Assembly (NCBI GenBank): GCA_964016885.1
Contig: OZ024745.1
Span: 74,834,001-74,898,000 of the forward strand
Reading direction: 5' to 3'
DNA: 64,000 nucleotides
DNA from: Eledone cirrhosa
Taxonomy: Eukaryota
How positions within the stretch are numbered: position 1 is the stretch's first letter; each line of letters starts with the position of its first letter. The notes below the pieces were generated by a model. It had not been told where the DNA came from and did not search any database. It worked only from the letters and a program-made list of their open reading frames with translations. The position numbers and the translations under genes are program-made. This document shows positions 22,757 to 37,348 of the stretch, piece after piece.

Positions 22757-25333
22757 ACATGCAGGTTGTATATGACCACTACCAGCACGTAATACCACCT
22801 TGTCTCACTTTTCATCCCATCCATATCACACCTCCTCTTCTTGTCACCTTTACTGTGTCTGAAGCTACGGGAATAAATTGCATCTTTGATGTAAATTTTT
22901 TGTAAACTTATATCATGTTTAACAAGATCTGCTTAAAAACAGCAACCTCACAGAGACTTATCACCCTATTATTCAAGTGGAAAAACATATTTTACAATAG
23001 TTAGTCTTTTGTAACAATAATCTTATCAAAATATAACAGATCTTATATAGCCCCTATATTTATTATATATTTTATACTGTAAACGTGGTTGGTGTTAGGA
23101 AGGGCATCCAGCCGTAGAAAACCCGCCAGACAGTCCTATATGAGCAAGACAACCAATCTTGCCTCACGTGGGACAATTCCCGTCTAAACCCATGCTAGCA
23201 TGGAAGATAGACATTAAACAATGATGATGATGATGATTTTATCAGTTGCCTACCTTTGAGACAAATGACATTCATTCATGCTAATTCCCAAATAAGAAAT
23301 ATTGCCTATATATCAAATACCATTTGTAAATTATTGTTATCTATGTGTATGCACTATCTTGATGTTTAAAATAGATATTTTTTAAACAGTAAACATTTCT
23401 GAAAATGTGTTCTCATGTAAATGAACCTCCTTCATTTTTTGCCCTTAATTTTATTTCAAAATGTCTTGTATTCTATATGAGAAAATATGCTACATACTTA
23501 CATAACCACCCAGTAACCTTCTTCAGATTTACTTAAATCCTTTGTTAACATATTTCTAATAAAAGACACTGATTGTAGTTTTCAAATAATTTTGAAAATA
23601 ATCAAGAGCTTAGAGAGATTTAATAATATAACTAACTCTCATTTTTAAATTGGAATTTATAACACAACTTAAAAGTTCTCAGATAAAATTATGATTGAAG
23701 ATTTTTAGATAAATATAAATATTCTAAAATAAGCAGTTTTGTATCACAGAACTAGGTGCAATTGCATGTGGTTTGGTATCAAAAGAGTTAACTGAGTGTT
23801 TTGGAACACAATTTAACAAAAGTTTCTTACATAGAATTATGAAGGAAGGGTGAAATTTAAATACAAACATTTTAAAAAGAAGTTTTGTATATTCTTTTAA
23901 AACAGTAGTTTGTTGTTTGTGGAAGAATTTGGCTGCTATTTCTAATAGGTTCAGTGACTACATAGAGGTGTCTTTGTCAGATCATGCATTGTAGTACTTC
24001 TGTTAATAAATATTTCACAAGTGAAATATTTAGATGATATATAAGGTGAGTCATTTTTTGACAATTCTGTTTAAATACCTTAACTAATATTTCAACTGAT
24101 AACATGTGCCAAGGTAATTAATAACCTAGAAAATATATTTCAATGTAATATGTGTAGACATGAGTAGAAATGTAATTGCTAGATTAATTCTGGTCTGCAT
24201 ATTCAGGACTGACAATCAAGTTATTATATAAAACAACAGTAGAGTGGAAAATGCAGGCTAGAGTTTTATTTAAATTACATATCTTCTTTCAAACTAGTTC
24301 AAACTGCAGAGTGTGAGAAGTAGAGAGAAAGAGGGGTAGAAAGCAAGAGAGAACCACATATAATTTATTTTAAAGGTGTCCTAGTAGTATTATATTTTAA
24401 CTAAATATTAAAATTTACATAGATGGAAGATAACCTATATTAGTTTAATATAAGGATCAGTAACCTTTTTGTAATGACTTATTTCCTTTTTTTAGTTTTG
24501 CCCATGGTCCACATATATATATCATGTCATACATAAAAAGAAATGAAAAGATCTGAAGGCCACAGAGAACACCTCAGTGGTCCATATCATATCCCGTATC
24601 ATATGATATTGATAGAATCTATAAAGTGTCCAATAGAATGCATTACAATGCTCTTTACATTAAAATTCCACAGAGGTCAACTTTGACTTTTGGAGTTAAT
24701 AAAGAAAATACCAGCCCTGTTTTACTCTAGTTGAAACATGTTTGATGTTCTGTTGGGTCAATGATGGAAGGATTGAAAGGGTTTTTGTGTGTCTGCCTGC
24801 AACCACATATGCACCTGTAGCCATTCGTAAAAGCATTCTTGATTGTTGATGTACTCACACATCTAAATAATCGCCCCACCCCTCACTTATTAATTTTTCA
24901 GATCCACCCCCCCACACTCGCTTATTAAATTTTGCTAATCTATCTCTCACAAAATTTTATTTTAAGTGGTAACATTCCTGCAACAATTAATTTTTTTTAG
25001 ACATTAAAAGCATTATGCATGACCAAAAACGTACATTACTAGAAATCCCATTTGTTATAAAATAAATAGCATGAGTTGGGTCTCAATATATAAACTAAAC
25101 AACTAATTCTGGTTTTTAAAAAAATCAACGGAGACAACCCAGAAAGGTTACCGATTTTCCAACTCACCCACTTATTCCTACCCCCACCCCTTTGTTATTT
25201 GCGACCCAAGAGTAGTGTAGTAGTAGTTTAGTCATGCTGTGTATGTTGACTTTTCCTACACTGATCTTCCATACTGTCCTACATTATATGAAAATAGTTT
25301 ACTGAGGCAACTATATATGTTATAAACTTTCAG

Positions 25334-25461
25334 CAACACAAACAACCATTAAGTTCACCAACCAAATGGCATCAGCTGGTGCCAACACTGCACTAATTGT
25401 GACGCCAAGTTATTATAAAGGAGCTATGTCAAATACTGCTTTATTACATCATTATAGAAAG
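25334..25461 (+). CDS. HOGA1: HOGA1 exon 3
   Basis: In phase. Encodes STQTTIKFTNQMASAGANTALIVTPSYYKG...HHYRK. Confidence 0.95.
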
Positions 25462-26164
25462 GTAAGATTTGCAGAAAATTCTTCATTCATTCATTCATTT
25501 CTTCTTCTTCTTCTTCTTTTTCTTCTTTTTCTTTTTCTTCTTTTTCTTTTTCTTTTTTTTTCTTTTTCTTCTTTTTTCTTTTTTCTTCTTCTTCTTCTTC
25601 TTCTTCTTCTTCTCCAACACTAGGGAGCTTGTCATCTTGACTGTCATATAAACCCCACTCATCTCTGTATTGTCATATAACCTCCACTCATCTATATATT
25701 GACATATAAATATACATTTCTATCAATTTCAAAATTTTCATTTATTGTTTGGATAACTTTGTAGATCTCACATTAATTATATTAAGTATCGAGAAAAGCA
25801 CCCAGCTTACATTGTAAAGTGGTTGTGTAGGTGTCATGACAAAAATTGCCCATCCCACATTGTAAAGTGGTTGTGTAGGTGCCACAACAAAAAGCACCCA
25901 GTCTACACTGTAAAGTGGTCATGTAGATGTCATGACAAAAAGGACCCAGTCCACACAGTAAATGTGGTTGACATTAGAAAGGGCATCCAGCCATAGAGAC
26001 TAAGCCACAACCAATTCTGTATAAGCAAGACAGTCACCTGATCTAACTTGTCTCACAACGGGACAACCTGTCTAAGTCATGCTAGTATGGAAAAATGGAT
26101 GTTAAACAGTGATGATGATGATGATCTTGTATTCTAAATTGATTCAGTCTTTCTCTGCTTACAG

Positions 26165-26299
26165 GTTGCTGATCACAGTTTAATTCCAATTCTTCTCTAC
26201 AGTGTTCCTTCCAACACAAATATTGATTTAGCTGCAAATGTGATAATAGAGTTGGCTGATCATCCAAATATCATTGGTCTTAAAGATAGTGGAGGAAAT
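26165..26299 (+). CDS. HOGA1: HOGA1 exon 4
   Basis: VADHSLIPILLYSVPSNT...HPNIIGLKDSGGN, containing the catalytic Tyr and Schiff-base Lys. Confidence 0.96.
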
Positions 26300-27760
26300 G
26301 TAAGTATTTTATTGACAAACACTAACTTTATTGATCTCTGAAACAATACAGTCACACATTGTTGTATTAACATCTTATTAAACAGCCATTATCAGTCACC
26401 CTCTAATCTTCTAGTGAATACTCATAACACTAGAAGCTTTTGATAAACATATCTATAGAGTTCTAGGTTTTGGAAGAGTATATGATAAAATGACTTGCAG
26501 TATTTCTTCTGGCTCTTTGTACTCATAGAACAAACCCTGCTGAGGTCAACATTCCTTTTTGATCATAGGTCTACACAGAGAGGCTATGTGGGACCCTTGA
26601 TGTGAAATAGCAGTAGCACATAAAAATAAAATACCTGTATAGAAACTGCTTCAAAGTAAGCAGAAGATCAGAAAATGTTGACTTTGTCTATCAGGACATT
26701 GTGTATAACACCCAGAAGTGGAAATATCAAAACTGGTTGTGTGGGATCCACAGCACATTGTAAGAAAGGTTATATCACATACATTGACAAACTGAAGCAA
26801 GATATTAACCAGGAGTCTATCTAAGAACTGAAGTTGGTAATGATAGACAAAGAAATGTGGTAAATGTCATTTCACATATGAAAACAACCAGAAGCAGCAT
26901 ACTGGCCAGGAATCTCTTCAGGAACTGAAGATGGTAATGATGGATAGATCAGTTTGGTAGATGTCATTTCATATATATAAACAAACTGAAACTGGATACA
27001 GGCCAGGAATCTATTCAGGAACTGAAGATGACAGTTATGAACAATAAAGCATGGAAAAGGGACATTGTTGCTTTGGCTTGGACAGCAGCATGGCCCAACT
27101 AACTATGATCTACTCAATCAGGGCTATTCTGGAGCTAAATAAAAACGCCATTCTGTTACTGGTTTCAATCATTAGACTGTAGCCATGCTGGATCACCACA
27201 TTCAAAGGATTTAGTTGATTAAATTGACCCTAACATTTATTGTTTCCATGTCTATTTGTGATGGTGTGTAGCTTAGTGGTTAAAGAGTTGGATTTACATT
27301 CTTGAAGTTGTGAGTTCGATTCCCAGGTCAGGCAATGTGTTATGTCCTTGAGCAAGACACTTTATTTCGCCTTGCTCTTTCTACCAGGAATTGCAACTGG
27401 TAGATAGTATTAGCAATTGGAAAAACCAAACGAAACATTGTTTCCTTTGTCTGATTGAAGGAGTTCCACCCCACTCAGTTAGCGAATGAGGTCTGGGATC
27501 TTGTTTATTTGGATCTTCTTCTATTTGTCAAACTGCTAAGTTGCAGGACATAAATAATCAGTAAATGTGAATGCTGATGCAGACACACATCATCATCATT
27601 TATCATGTTTCTCTGCTAGAAAAAGTTGGAGGGGTCATCAACAGATTGATTCAGTACTTAAGCAAAGCTATTAACCCCTTAGATGGGCCAAGGGCATGCA
27701 TAACTAATTCATCAATCGATACAGAAGTCATTTGCTTTGTTTTTTTGTTTTTTTTCTCAG

Positions 27761-27857
27761 ATTGCCAAATTAAGCAACATTATATTTGCCACAAAAGATA
27801 AAGATTTTCAAGTTTTAGCAGGATCTGCAAGTTTTTTATATCCAGCATTAATGGCAG
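27761..27857 (+). CDS. HOGA1: HOGA1 exon 5
   Basis: IAKLSNIIFATKDKDFQVLAGSASFLYPALMA with canonical splice sites. Confidence 0.95.
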
Positions 27858-28833
27858 GTATGTGCATCTAATTTCTACTTCAAAACAGATTTTAATTCCA
27901 TAGAACTGGGATAAGCTGCAACATGATAAGCCTCTAGGCATGAAACAGACTTTAACTGTTTAATTACAAACAATTATAGCTTTAAAGAGTGATTTATGGT
28001 AGTTCTTAAACATAACTTATCTTACCCTTTTTAAAGGTTATTAATGGTACATATTGGTTATGATGTGCTCATGATGATAAGTTTATCAGTTCAATTCCTA
28101 TACACATTGTGTTGTTAAGCAAGGCACTTCATCCCATGTTGTTCCAGTTCACTCAGCTGTAAACAAATACCCGCAAAAGTAGCAGATAGTGGGGTGGGGG
28201 TGTTAGTGCTGCAATGACTGGCATCTTCTACTCTCAGTCACTTAACCTTTTCATTACCAAACTACCTGAAACCACCCTTCATCCGCTATACAAAACTGTT
28301 TATTTTAACTTTGAAAATGTATGAGTCCCAAATATAGAACATAAACTGTAATAATAGTTGAGAAAATTGGGTAAATTACACCGAGAGATGGAAAAAGTGA
28401 ACAGAGGCCCCTCTTCCCACTTTCATCCTTCTGTAAATGTAATTTACCCAATTTTCTCAACTACTAACTATAGTGGTCTATTGTTATTGCAGTTTTTACT
28501 GCATTTGGGACTCACATTTTCAAATTATAAACACATCCAGCACTTCAATAATGCATATGGTTTATTTTAAATAAATAACCTTCCATCTTACTTTTATGTA
28601 AGAAACTTTGGTAAATTATACTCCAAACACCAACTTAATATATATATAACTAAATACCTTCAAAGCTTTAATTATTTTCAAAATTACTTGAAAATCATAG
28701 GCTATGTCTTTTATTAGAAATATGAAAACAAAAGTGTTAAAGCCCCATAAAACTAGGACAAGCTTCAGCCTTTGTCTAATCTACATACGAACAGATGTAA
28801 AAAACAATGAATTTTTCTCTCTCTCTTTTAAAG

Positions 28834-28967
28834 GTTGTGTCGGAGGAGTATGTGCTTTGGCTAATGTCTTAGGAAAGGATATCTGTCATTTACAAGCACT
28901 GTATAAAATGGGTTCACACAGCTCGGCCATAGCACTACAGATGAGATTGGTGGCACCAAACAATGCG
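28834..28967 (+). CDS. HOGA1: HOGA1 exon 6
   Basis: GCVGGVCALANVLG...ALQMRLVAPNNA with canonical splice sites. Confidence 0.95.
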
Positions 28968-30615
28968 GTTAGTCCTTTGCTTTAAATTCACCTTGCTCTG
29001 TTTGGTATTTTATTGAAAGATATGATTTATAACATTGGCACAAATCCTTACAGATTTTAACAGAAGGGTCAGTTGATTTAATTGATCCTGAGTTGGCAGA
29101 GTTATAAGAACGTCAAATAGAATGCCTTGCATTATTTGTTACATCTCTCTGCACTCTGATTTAAAATCCTGCCATGGTCAACTTTGTTTTTCATCCTTTC
29201 AGAGTTGATAAATAAAATGCCAGTTGATGGTGGTGGATTGGATGAGATGCTTTGCAGTATCTGTTCATTGTGTTCTGAGTTTAAATTCTACCTAGGGATT
29301 AAAATCCTACTGATGACCAAGGCTGATCCCTCGACCACGGTAACAACTGATTTTATGAAAGCTACAATGGATAGAGGAGGATTGTGGGTGTCCTCAACTA
29401 AAGTCGCATGAGGATTAATTAATGGTTAAATGGCAATGTGGCATCTAGGTGAAATTTCCCTTAACCTTAAGAAATATGGTGGTTGGCAGAATCAGTCAAT
29501 CCAGCAACCATTTTCTCTGCTAAAGCAGGGGTTAGCCTTATGGGCCCCATGAGAAGCTTCTCCATTTTGCCCTATCATATTCATCCCCGCTCACCAACCT
29601 CTTGTCTTTCATTTCCTTTTTCATCATCCTTAGACATTGTTTTTCTTGGTCTTCCTCCTTCTACTTCCTTCCACATTCATTTTCATCCTCCTTCAACACA
29701 TTCCCCAACTATCATGGTCAAAATACCTTGTATTATTTACTTATGTTCCCTTTATATTCTGAGTTGAAATTTTGCTAAGGCTTATTAACTTTGCTTTTCT
29801 CTGAGAGTTGATAAAATAAGTAGCAGATGGTTGTATAGTGAAGAAGTTTATTTCACAACCATGTGGTTCTGGGTTTGATCCACTGCACAACATTCTCAGC
29901 AAGTGTCTTCTAACATAACATTGAGAAGAAGAATTTCGTAGACAGAAACTACAGAAATCTATCATTTTATGTTCACTTTCCATGTGGACATGGATTGGAC
30001 AACAATTTAATTGAAATATGTGTGGCTATGTATTTAGCTGATGTATATCAGCAAAGAATATAAACATTGGCAACATACCAAAAAAATATTTCATTATGAA
30101 CAAAATCCCTTGAGCTATTTGTTTGGTATCAAGTTCAACACTTTCTTGTTAATCTCACCATTTTAGATACTGCAAACCAGAGATTAGCCTCTAGGAAACC
30201 TATAACCAGTAATTCTATTGTTCACCAATTGTTGTCTAAAATAAAAATAAATAAATACTAACATCAATTTACTTGATCACACTCCAAAAGATTAAAAGAA
30301 CTTTGCAGTTACATCAAAAACATGACAGCCTCCCCAGAGCTGGTACCACAATAATATGCATGCAGTACACTGTAAAAAGGTTGGTGTTAGGAAGGGCATC
30401 CAGCTCAAAAATAGAATGTATGCAAGTGGGGTATGATTCTGTTTTTTTAGGTGAACAGTAGCTCCAATTAAGTACTTGCATGGCCTGTAACAACTGTCTA
30501 ACCCATTCCAACATGGAAAAACTGACATTAAATGATGAGGATGATGAATTGTGATGATGAATTGTGATGATGATAATCTCAATTTTTGTTATCATTTTTT
30601 CTTATATATTTTCAG

Positions 30616-30768
30616 GTTACAGCCAAATATGGTATAGCTGGACTAAAAGCTGCTATGGATTGGTTTGGTTTCTATGGTGGCCAGCCTCGATCACCTCTGC
30701 AACCTCTCACAAAAGAGCAAGCACTGAAAATGAAGGAAGATTTTTTCTCAAGGGGTTTTATACAATAA
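30616..30768 (+). CDS. HOGA1: HOGA1 exon 7 (last coding exon)
   Basis: VTAKYGIAGLKAAMDWFGFYGGQPRSPLQPL...FIQ*. Confidence 0.96.
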   Translation, partial: VTAKYGIAGLKAAMDWFGFYGGQPRSPLQPLTKEQALKMKEDFFSRGFIQ

Positions 30769-31869
30769 GAATACAATATATTTGATTGTGTCACAATACA
30801 AATTTTTACTTCTTCTAAAAGAAGAAAGATAACTTATCTTCCAGTCTGGAAATACAACAATGAAATATTTTAGTAATACGATACATTAATTTATTAATTA
30901 ATTTTAAATTAATTTTAGTATTAAAATTTCATTCCTTTTATGGTAAAAAAGAAAATCACTTTAAATAAATGGAAAACATTTTTTTTTTCCAGTTTTATAA
31001 TTTTCAGTTGTTTTTGTTCTAGTAGTTTAAGTTTAAACCTGTACAGAGTAATTTTCATCAAGATTCACAACTTTCCAGAAAGTAAGATCTGATGATGAAA
31101 AAATAAAGGAGACAATTATTAGATTGAACCAAGGAAACTATATTTCCATTGCTGATACTATCTGCCTGTTGCATCTCTTGACAGAAGGAGACAGGGTTTG
31201 AATTCAGAATACACAGAGGTGGATCAGACACCGCAAAACATCTTGTCCAAGGCTTTAACAATTCCGCCAATCCATCACACCTGGACTGGCACTGTTGATG
31301 AATAATAGTTATCTACAATGACTCACAATTATTTATCATGAATAATAGTTATTTATAATGACTAACAGTTATTTATTGATGTTAATCATAATAGATGAAC
31401 AATTGGTAGAATTAAAGTGATAGACAAAGTGTCTTGCAGTATTTAGTTATGCCATTTTACATTCTGAGTTCAAATCCTGCCAGAGTTGACTTAACCTTTT
31501 ATTCTATCAGAATCATTTATTTAACGTCTGTTTTTCCTGTTAGTAAGGGTTGACAAAGTTATCACAGATCAAGTCAGTACTCAAGAGCAGCTATTGACCT
31601 CTCAGATAGGCCAGTGATTGGCATCTCGCTTACATACAATCCTATTTTCTACCAAGTACTCAGAATATGAGGGTTCCCACACCTTGCTTATATACATTCC
31701 TGTGCTCTACCAAGTGCATTTTCACCAGTCAAGTACTAGGTCAATGTAATCAACTTACCTCCACTCACAAAGCTTTGTTCCTATGTTAGAAATTGGCATT
31801 GTCCCTATAATTAAATATCCTTCCTAAAGTCAATCATCATTTAATAATAATGATTCAGATAGAATAAAA

Positions 31870-32285
31870 GGGCGGTGGATTGGCAGTATCAGTAGAGGGT
31901 CAGACGCCATGCTTTGCAGCAAAGCGTTACAGCCCTTTATGGTCTGAGTTCAAATCCCGCTGAGGTTAACTTTGCCTTTCATCCTTATGGGATCGATGAA
32001 ATAAAGTACCAGTAATGCACTGGGATAATTGCTGGCCTTGTGCCAAAAGTAGAAATAATTATTTAATAATAATAAGAGTTTCTGATTTAAGCACAAGGCC
32101 AACAATATTTGGGGAGAGGAAAGTCGATTGAATCAACCTCGGGACATTACTGATACTTAATTTTATCAACCCCATAAGGATGAAAGGCAAAGTTAACCTC
32201 AGCAGAATTTGACCTCAAAATGTAAAGGGATGTGATTATGCTGCAAAGCATGTCTGACATTCTACTGATATGCCAATCCACTACT
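31870..32285. mobile_element. tail-to-tail inverted pair of same-family SINEs
   Basis: A + copy (~31870-32065) directly followed by a - copy (~32080-32285). Confidence 0.75.
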
Positions 32286-33054
32286 CTGGAAGGATTTAAT
32301 AACACTTTCTCATTATTAAGCTAGTATTTGGAACATAAGGTTCTTACATAGAATTATGGTGGATAATTTTTAGATAAATATAAGCACTTTAAATTAAACG
32401 GCTGCATGGGTAATGACTGAAAAAATACAAGCGACCATCTGAAGGATCTTAGGAATAATGTTACTTGATAGAGTGCGTGGTTCAGATATCAGAGAGTTGC
32501 TCCATGTAAAAACCACTACTTCTGCAAATTGAGAAATCATAGCTCCATTTCTATGGTCATGTGTTTCTCAGGAAAGAATTGCTGGACAGATTTTACAGTC
32601 AAAACCAATTGGCAGAAGACCAGGGGTAGAATCCAAGCAAGATGATTGGATAACATCCATGAGCTCGGCTAGTCTCACTTGGTGATCCAGCCGAATCAGT
32701 TGGAAATGGTTGCTTCTGACAGGACCTGTTTGAGGATTCTATCCCCACAACCCTCTCAGGAATAAGTGGGCAAAGAAGAAATATATCATAGAAGCAGAAG
32801 CAGTTTCATGTGGTTTAGTATCAAAAGGGTTTTGAAAAAAACTCCTAAAAATATAACATTGAAACAATAAGCCTATCTAAAAGAATCAGATTTACATAAG
32901 ATAGTCCAAACCTACTAGTTAAATAGTTAATGAGAGCTGCTACATTTGTTATAAACAGCAGCCAAATCACTCAAGTGACACCCTTATAAAGGAAATATTG
33001 GATAATATGATCCTATCTACTCCTAAAAAAAACCCAGGATGGACATGCCTTTCA

Positions 33055-33325
33055 TGATAGGTGCGTGGCCTAGAGTAAGGGTGTTGGATTTACAATGATA
33101 ATGTGGGTTTAATTCCTTGGCTGTGTTGTGTTCTTGAGCAAAACACTTCATTTCACATTGCTCCAGTATACTCAGTTGAAAATAAGTACTGGGAACAACT
33201 GGAGGGTTTAACCCTGCCATGGACTAGCATCCTGTCCTGGAGATTTCTTGTACCCTCAGTTGCTTCATCCCATGAAACTTGGATAAGCACCAGCCTAACG
33301 AGCCTCCTGGTTTGAGATAGACTTT
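33055..33325 (+). mobile_element. tRNA-derived SINE flanked by ~50-bp direct repeats
   Basis: TGGCCTAGAGTAAGGGTGTTGG head and core. Flanks ATATTGGAT..ATGATCCTATCTACTC.TAAAAAA..CAGGATGGACA on both sides. Confidence 0.7.
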
Positions 33326-34639
33326 AGAGACATATTGGATATGATCCTATCTACTCTTAAAAAAGAAACAGGATGGACACAATTGGGATGCCTTTGATCA
33401 TAAGTCTGAACAACAATAGTTGACACACTATATCACTATTATATCTATCATCTGAGATGTTCATGAGCAAGAAGGGCCATGTCATACCTCTTCACTTCTT
33501 TCCTAAAAAATTTAGGATCAATGCCTCTATCTACATTGATTCTAGTTTACACCTATTATTAAAACTTCACCATATCCTAGGCTGAGACATTTAGCCCCCC
33601 TCTAGTTTGATCTACCTAGCTGGTATAGTAGGTCCAATGCTGAATTAGAACTGGTTTGTTTCATTAGCTACCACTACTAGTTTTGAATCTTGTCGTGATC
33701 TAATCAAAAAATAATAGTAACCACTGATATTGTTCAAAACACGTTGAAATAATGCCCTAATGTTTCCTCTTAGTACTAAGACATGTTGAAACAGTGTCCT
33801 AATGATTCCTCTTAGAGTCAAACATCAATATTATCAACATTTTATATCCACTTCTTATGTTGACATGGGTTGGACTATATATATATATATATGTAGGTTT
33901 TGAAAACAATCATGAATAAAATAATTCAATTATGCATATGACAATCATAAGATCATGGGTTCAATTCTTGGACTGGGTGGTGCATTGTATTCTTCAGGAA
34001 GGTACTTCATTTTATGTTGCTTTTCATGATAGGAATGGTGTTTCTATCATTAATACACCCGAGAAACATGAGATGAAAACTTTACAAGAAGTGGCAAAAA
34101 CTGAACAGATGTTTGCTGCAGTAATAACAAAAAACATCTTAAATAATAAAAATTCTTTGAATTTTTCAAATACTCCAAAGTAGGCGCTTCTGGATTTTTT
34201 TATTTAATCTATATAATGTATAGGTTATTTTTGGCAATTCTCTTTCTGTCTTGCCAGAATCTGACAGTTTCCTAAAATATTTTAATAAAATCTGAATGAA
34301 TAGAGATAAGTATGGCTTTGTGATTAAGAAATTTGCTTTTTAACCATGTGGTCTGGGTTCACTCTCATTGCATGGTACCTCAGTAAAGTGTCTTCTATAG
34401 CCTTGGGTTGACCAGTGACTTGAGAGTGAAATTTTATACAGAACTTGTGTAGGGCAGGAGTCAATCGCTCTATCAATATCCGTCTTCCCTGCTAGTTTTC
34501 CTGGACAGAGATATTACTCAAGTGAAGCTAGAGACCTCACAGATGGGTTGAGGACCTTATCTCACATACAGAGTGCTCAGATGGGCTGTGGGGGCCTGCA
34601 TCTTGCATATGTTTTCCTGCACTACTAAGTGCATTTTAT

Positions 34640-35720
34640 CATGACATTAGCACTAGGAAGGTTATCATGTCTTTGACACAACTGAAGGGACTGCTTCACC
34701 CTGTTTGGAAGGTTTTTGTTATTATGGCTGAATGTTCTTCCTAATGCTAACCACTTTACAGAGTGTACTAGGTGCATTTATTATGTAGATCATACAACTG
34801 CAGAGTCCTCTCAACCCTTTTTTGGGGGCCGTTTCTACAGCAGGATACACTTCCTATTGCCAGCGACCTTACAGGGTGTACTGGGGGTATTTTTGTGACA
34901 CCAGTACTAAAGACATCGGTCATTGACTCAACTAAAAAGTCTTCACTACCCTACAAGGGGAGGAGTATTGTGAAGGTAACAGCTACTAAGGAGTTATTGG
35001 TGTGTTAGGACTTTAAAAGGGGTTGTAGTGTTGGTGAAAACAGCTAAGTAGTCTTAGTGGAGGTGTTATGACTGGGGTGCAGATGTACAGTGATGGTAAG
35101 GATAGCTACTAAAGAGGGCATATGGATGGTTCAGGTTATATTTTATGCTGGTAGACAGCTCTTTTTCAATACAGCAAGCCAATTTTCATGGTCTTTTGTC
35201 ATCTCTTGTGAGGTTCTTGGTCTGTCTCTTCTACAAGTTCCAACCACAGATTTTTCTGCACTTATTTTTACAGGAGTCATCGTCCATACACATAACATGT
35301 TCATGCCAACATGGTCTTCTCTATTGTACACTACATCCAATTCCCTGTATGTCAAGTTTTTCTCTCAGCTTGCTTATACAATATTGTTCATGCCTATTAA
35401 TATTACACATCCATCAGAACATATTTCATTTCTTTCTTTCTAACTTTAGCAGGTTTTCTGCAGTCAAGGCCCATGTCCAGTTGCCATGTAGCATTGCATA
35501 CAGGCATCATACTGCCTACCCTTCACTCTGAGAGAGAAGCCCTTTGTTGTTAGTAGTAGTACTAGCTTCCTAAACTTCTTCCAGCTGAGCATCCTCCAAC
35601 TGTTGATCAAGTCACCTAGATAACAAAAGCTGTCAACAACTTTTAGAGAGCCTCCCTGACAACTGAGGTATGCTCAGTGCTTATTTTTCCTGTGTACTTA
35701 CTGCATACAAAGTCTATCTT
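34640..35720 (-). mobile_element. old degenerate RTE LINE 3' fragment
   Basis: 35500-35650 aligns by eye with the RTE at 42950-43170 (GAGAAGCC.TTTG...CCTAAACTTCTTCCA...GTCACCTAG). Many stops. Confidence 0.65.
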
Positions 35721-37348
35721 CTCCATTCTCATAGGTCTTCCATGCTTCTTTCTGTTCAGCATCAGAGAGAACAAGTGCCCCACTATCATTTTGAACACAC
35801 ATTTCCCCAACCATATTTCAACTCTTTCTAGTACAGTCTCACAATCTGTAACACTTCACACCTCTCTTCATAACATAGATCATGTGCAAACTTATTTTCT
35901 GCTCCTCCTTTTATTAGGTGTACCTGGCCCTTGGTGCCTCTTCTAGGTATGTAGTATTACTCTGTTTCCCCACTCTCTTCCGGTCTCCTTAAGCTTTTTT
36001 TTTTGTTTTTATGTTTCTATCTACCTCGTCATTCTAATACTACTTCGCCCTCTGTCTAGCTGTTACTTTGCCCCAACCGCAGACTTGGTCTATGGCTTTC
36101 AGCAGGTTGCCTCATAAAAATTCATAATCTCCTCTTCCTTTGGTATCGACTAGGATTTCCCAGAATTGGATGCCTACTGAAGGTTCTCTTAGTGATCTTA
36201 GAGTTAGAGCTAGACGGACTGACACTGACAACTAATCTAGAATGAAGTCTATTTGGTTTGTATGCCCCCTGATTGGTAGGTATCAGGTGGCTGGGTGGAT
36301 TTCTTAAGTTTCAAATAGTTAGGTCATATGCATCTTTCTTTCTCTGTCTTCTCTGGAAGAAATCAGCTATGTTCAAACCTAGAGAGGGGGTAGACCCTAC
36401 CAGGTTTAAAACCCAAGACTTTATGACGGTGCCACTAAGACTCCATAAGAAGTTAAAGGGAGGCCCATGGCATGTACTATATTAGAGAAGAAAGCCAGTA
36501 AAAGTTGTACAATAATTTTATTGAAGGGAAGCAGCAAGCAAATCTAGAAATTGAAGCTGCCACTATAGAATAGTTTCTTTCTCAGTATTATCTCTTTTTT
36601 TCCTTTTTTATTCTTTTTTTTAAAAATCAAAAACAACCACTCTAAACACTTCCAAATCAGTTTGAAAGCCATTTTAGTAGAAAGGTTTAGAGCTTGACAC
36701 ATGTGGTAGAATTTTCTTTGGATCCTAGAGAAAGCTTCCATTTGAAATCTTAAAACTAGTTGTAGATATCTGACTTGTAACTATATTCCAGGAAAAATGT
36801 TTATATCAGTCCGATTATAAAATGACCAATTATTAATATTATTATTATTGTTATATAGATTTTTTTATTCTTCAGTTTCAAGAGTTAGTTTGTAAAGTGT
36901 AATGTCATTATGCAACTTCTTGAAATGCAGTTATGGTTGGTGTTGGTGCCATTCTTGATAAGCTGGTAATTAGAAATAGTGTTAGGACTGATAGCATGAA
37001 AGACTTGGTGTTGCAGCATGCTGCTTAGCAACTTGCCCTGGATGTTGAAAAGAAACTGCAAGCTATTAAAAAGCTTGCTTCTAAACATCAACACAAAGCC
37101 TTTAGTTATCATTCTACACATTTACAGTTCTTTTGAGTGTGTTGTAAGAAAATTTAAAGTGTGATGAGACAAAAGTGAATTAGCAAACATTGCTTCGCCC
37201 AATAATAGAGATGTTTTACATAGTGGCCAAGCTATCCAACATAGCAATCAATGAACCAATCCATTTTCCTTATGAATTAATTAGTAATTGTTCAGCCAAT
37301 CACAGCACAAAACAATGGATATTCAGCCAATCACAGCTAAGTTGATAT

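Noticed and set aside
25462-25651. Poly-Phe/Leu hydrophobic ORFs
   Set aside because: Translation of an intronic (CTT)n/T-rich microsatellite after HOGA1 exon 3.
546-30768. GFER-HOGA1 as a functional mitochondrial gene cluster
   Set aside because: Both products are mitochondrial but act in unrelated pathways; adjacency alone is no evidence of co-regulation.
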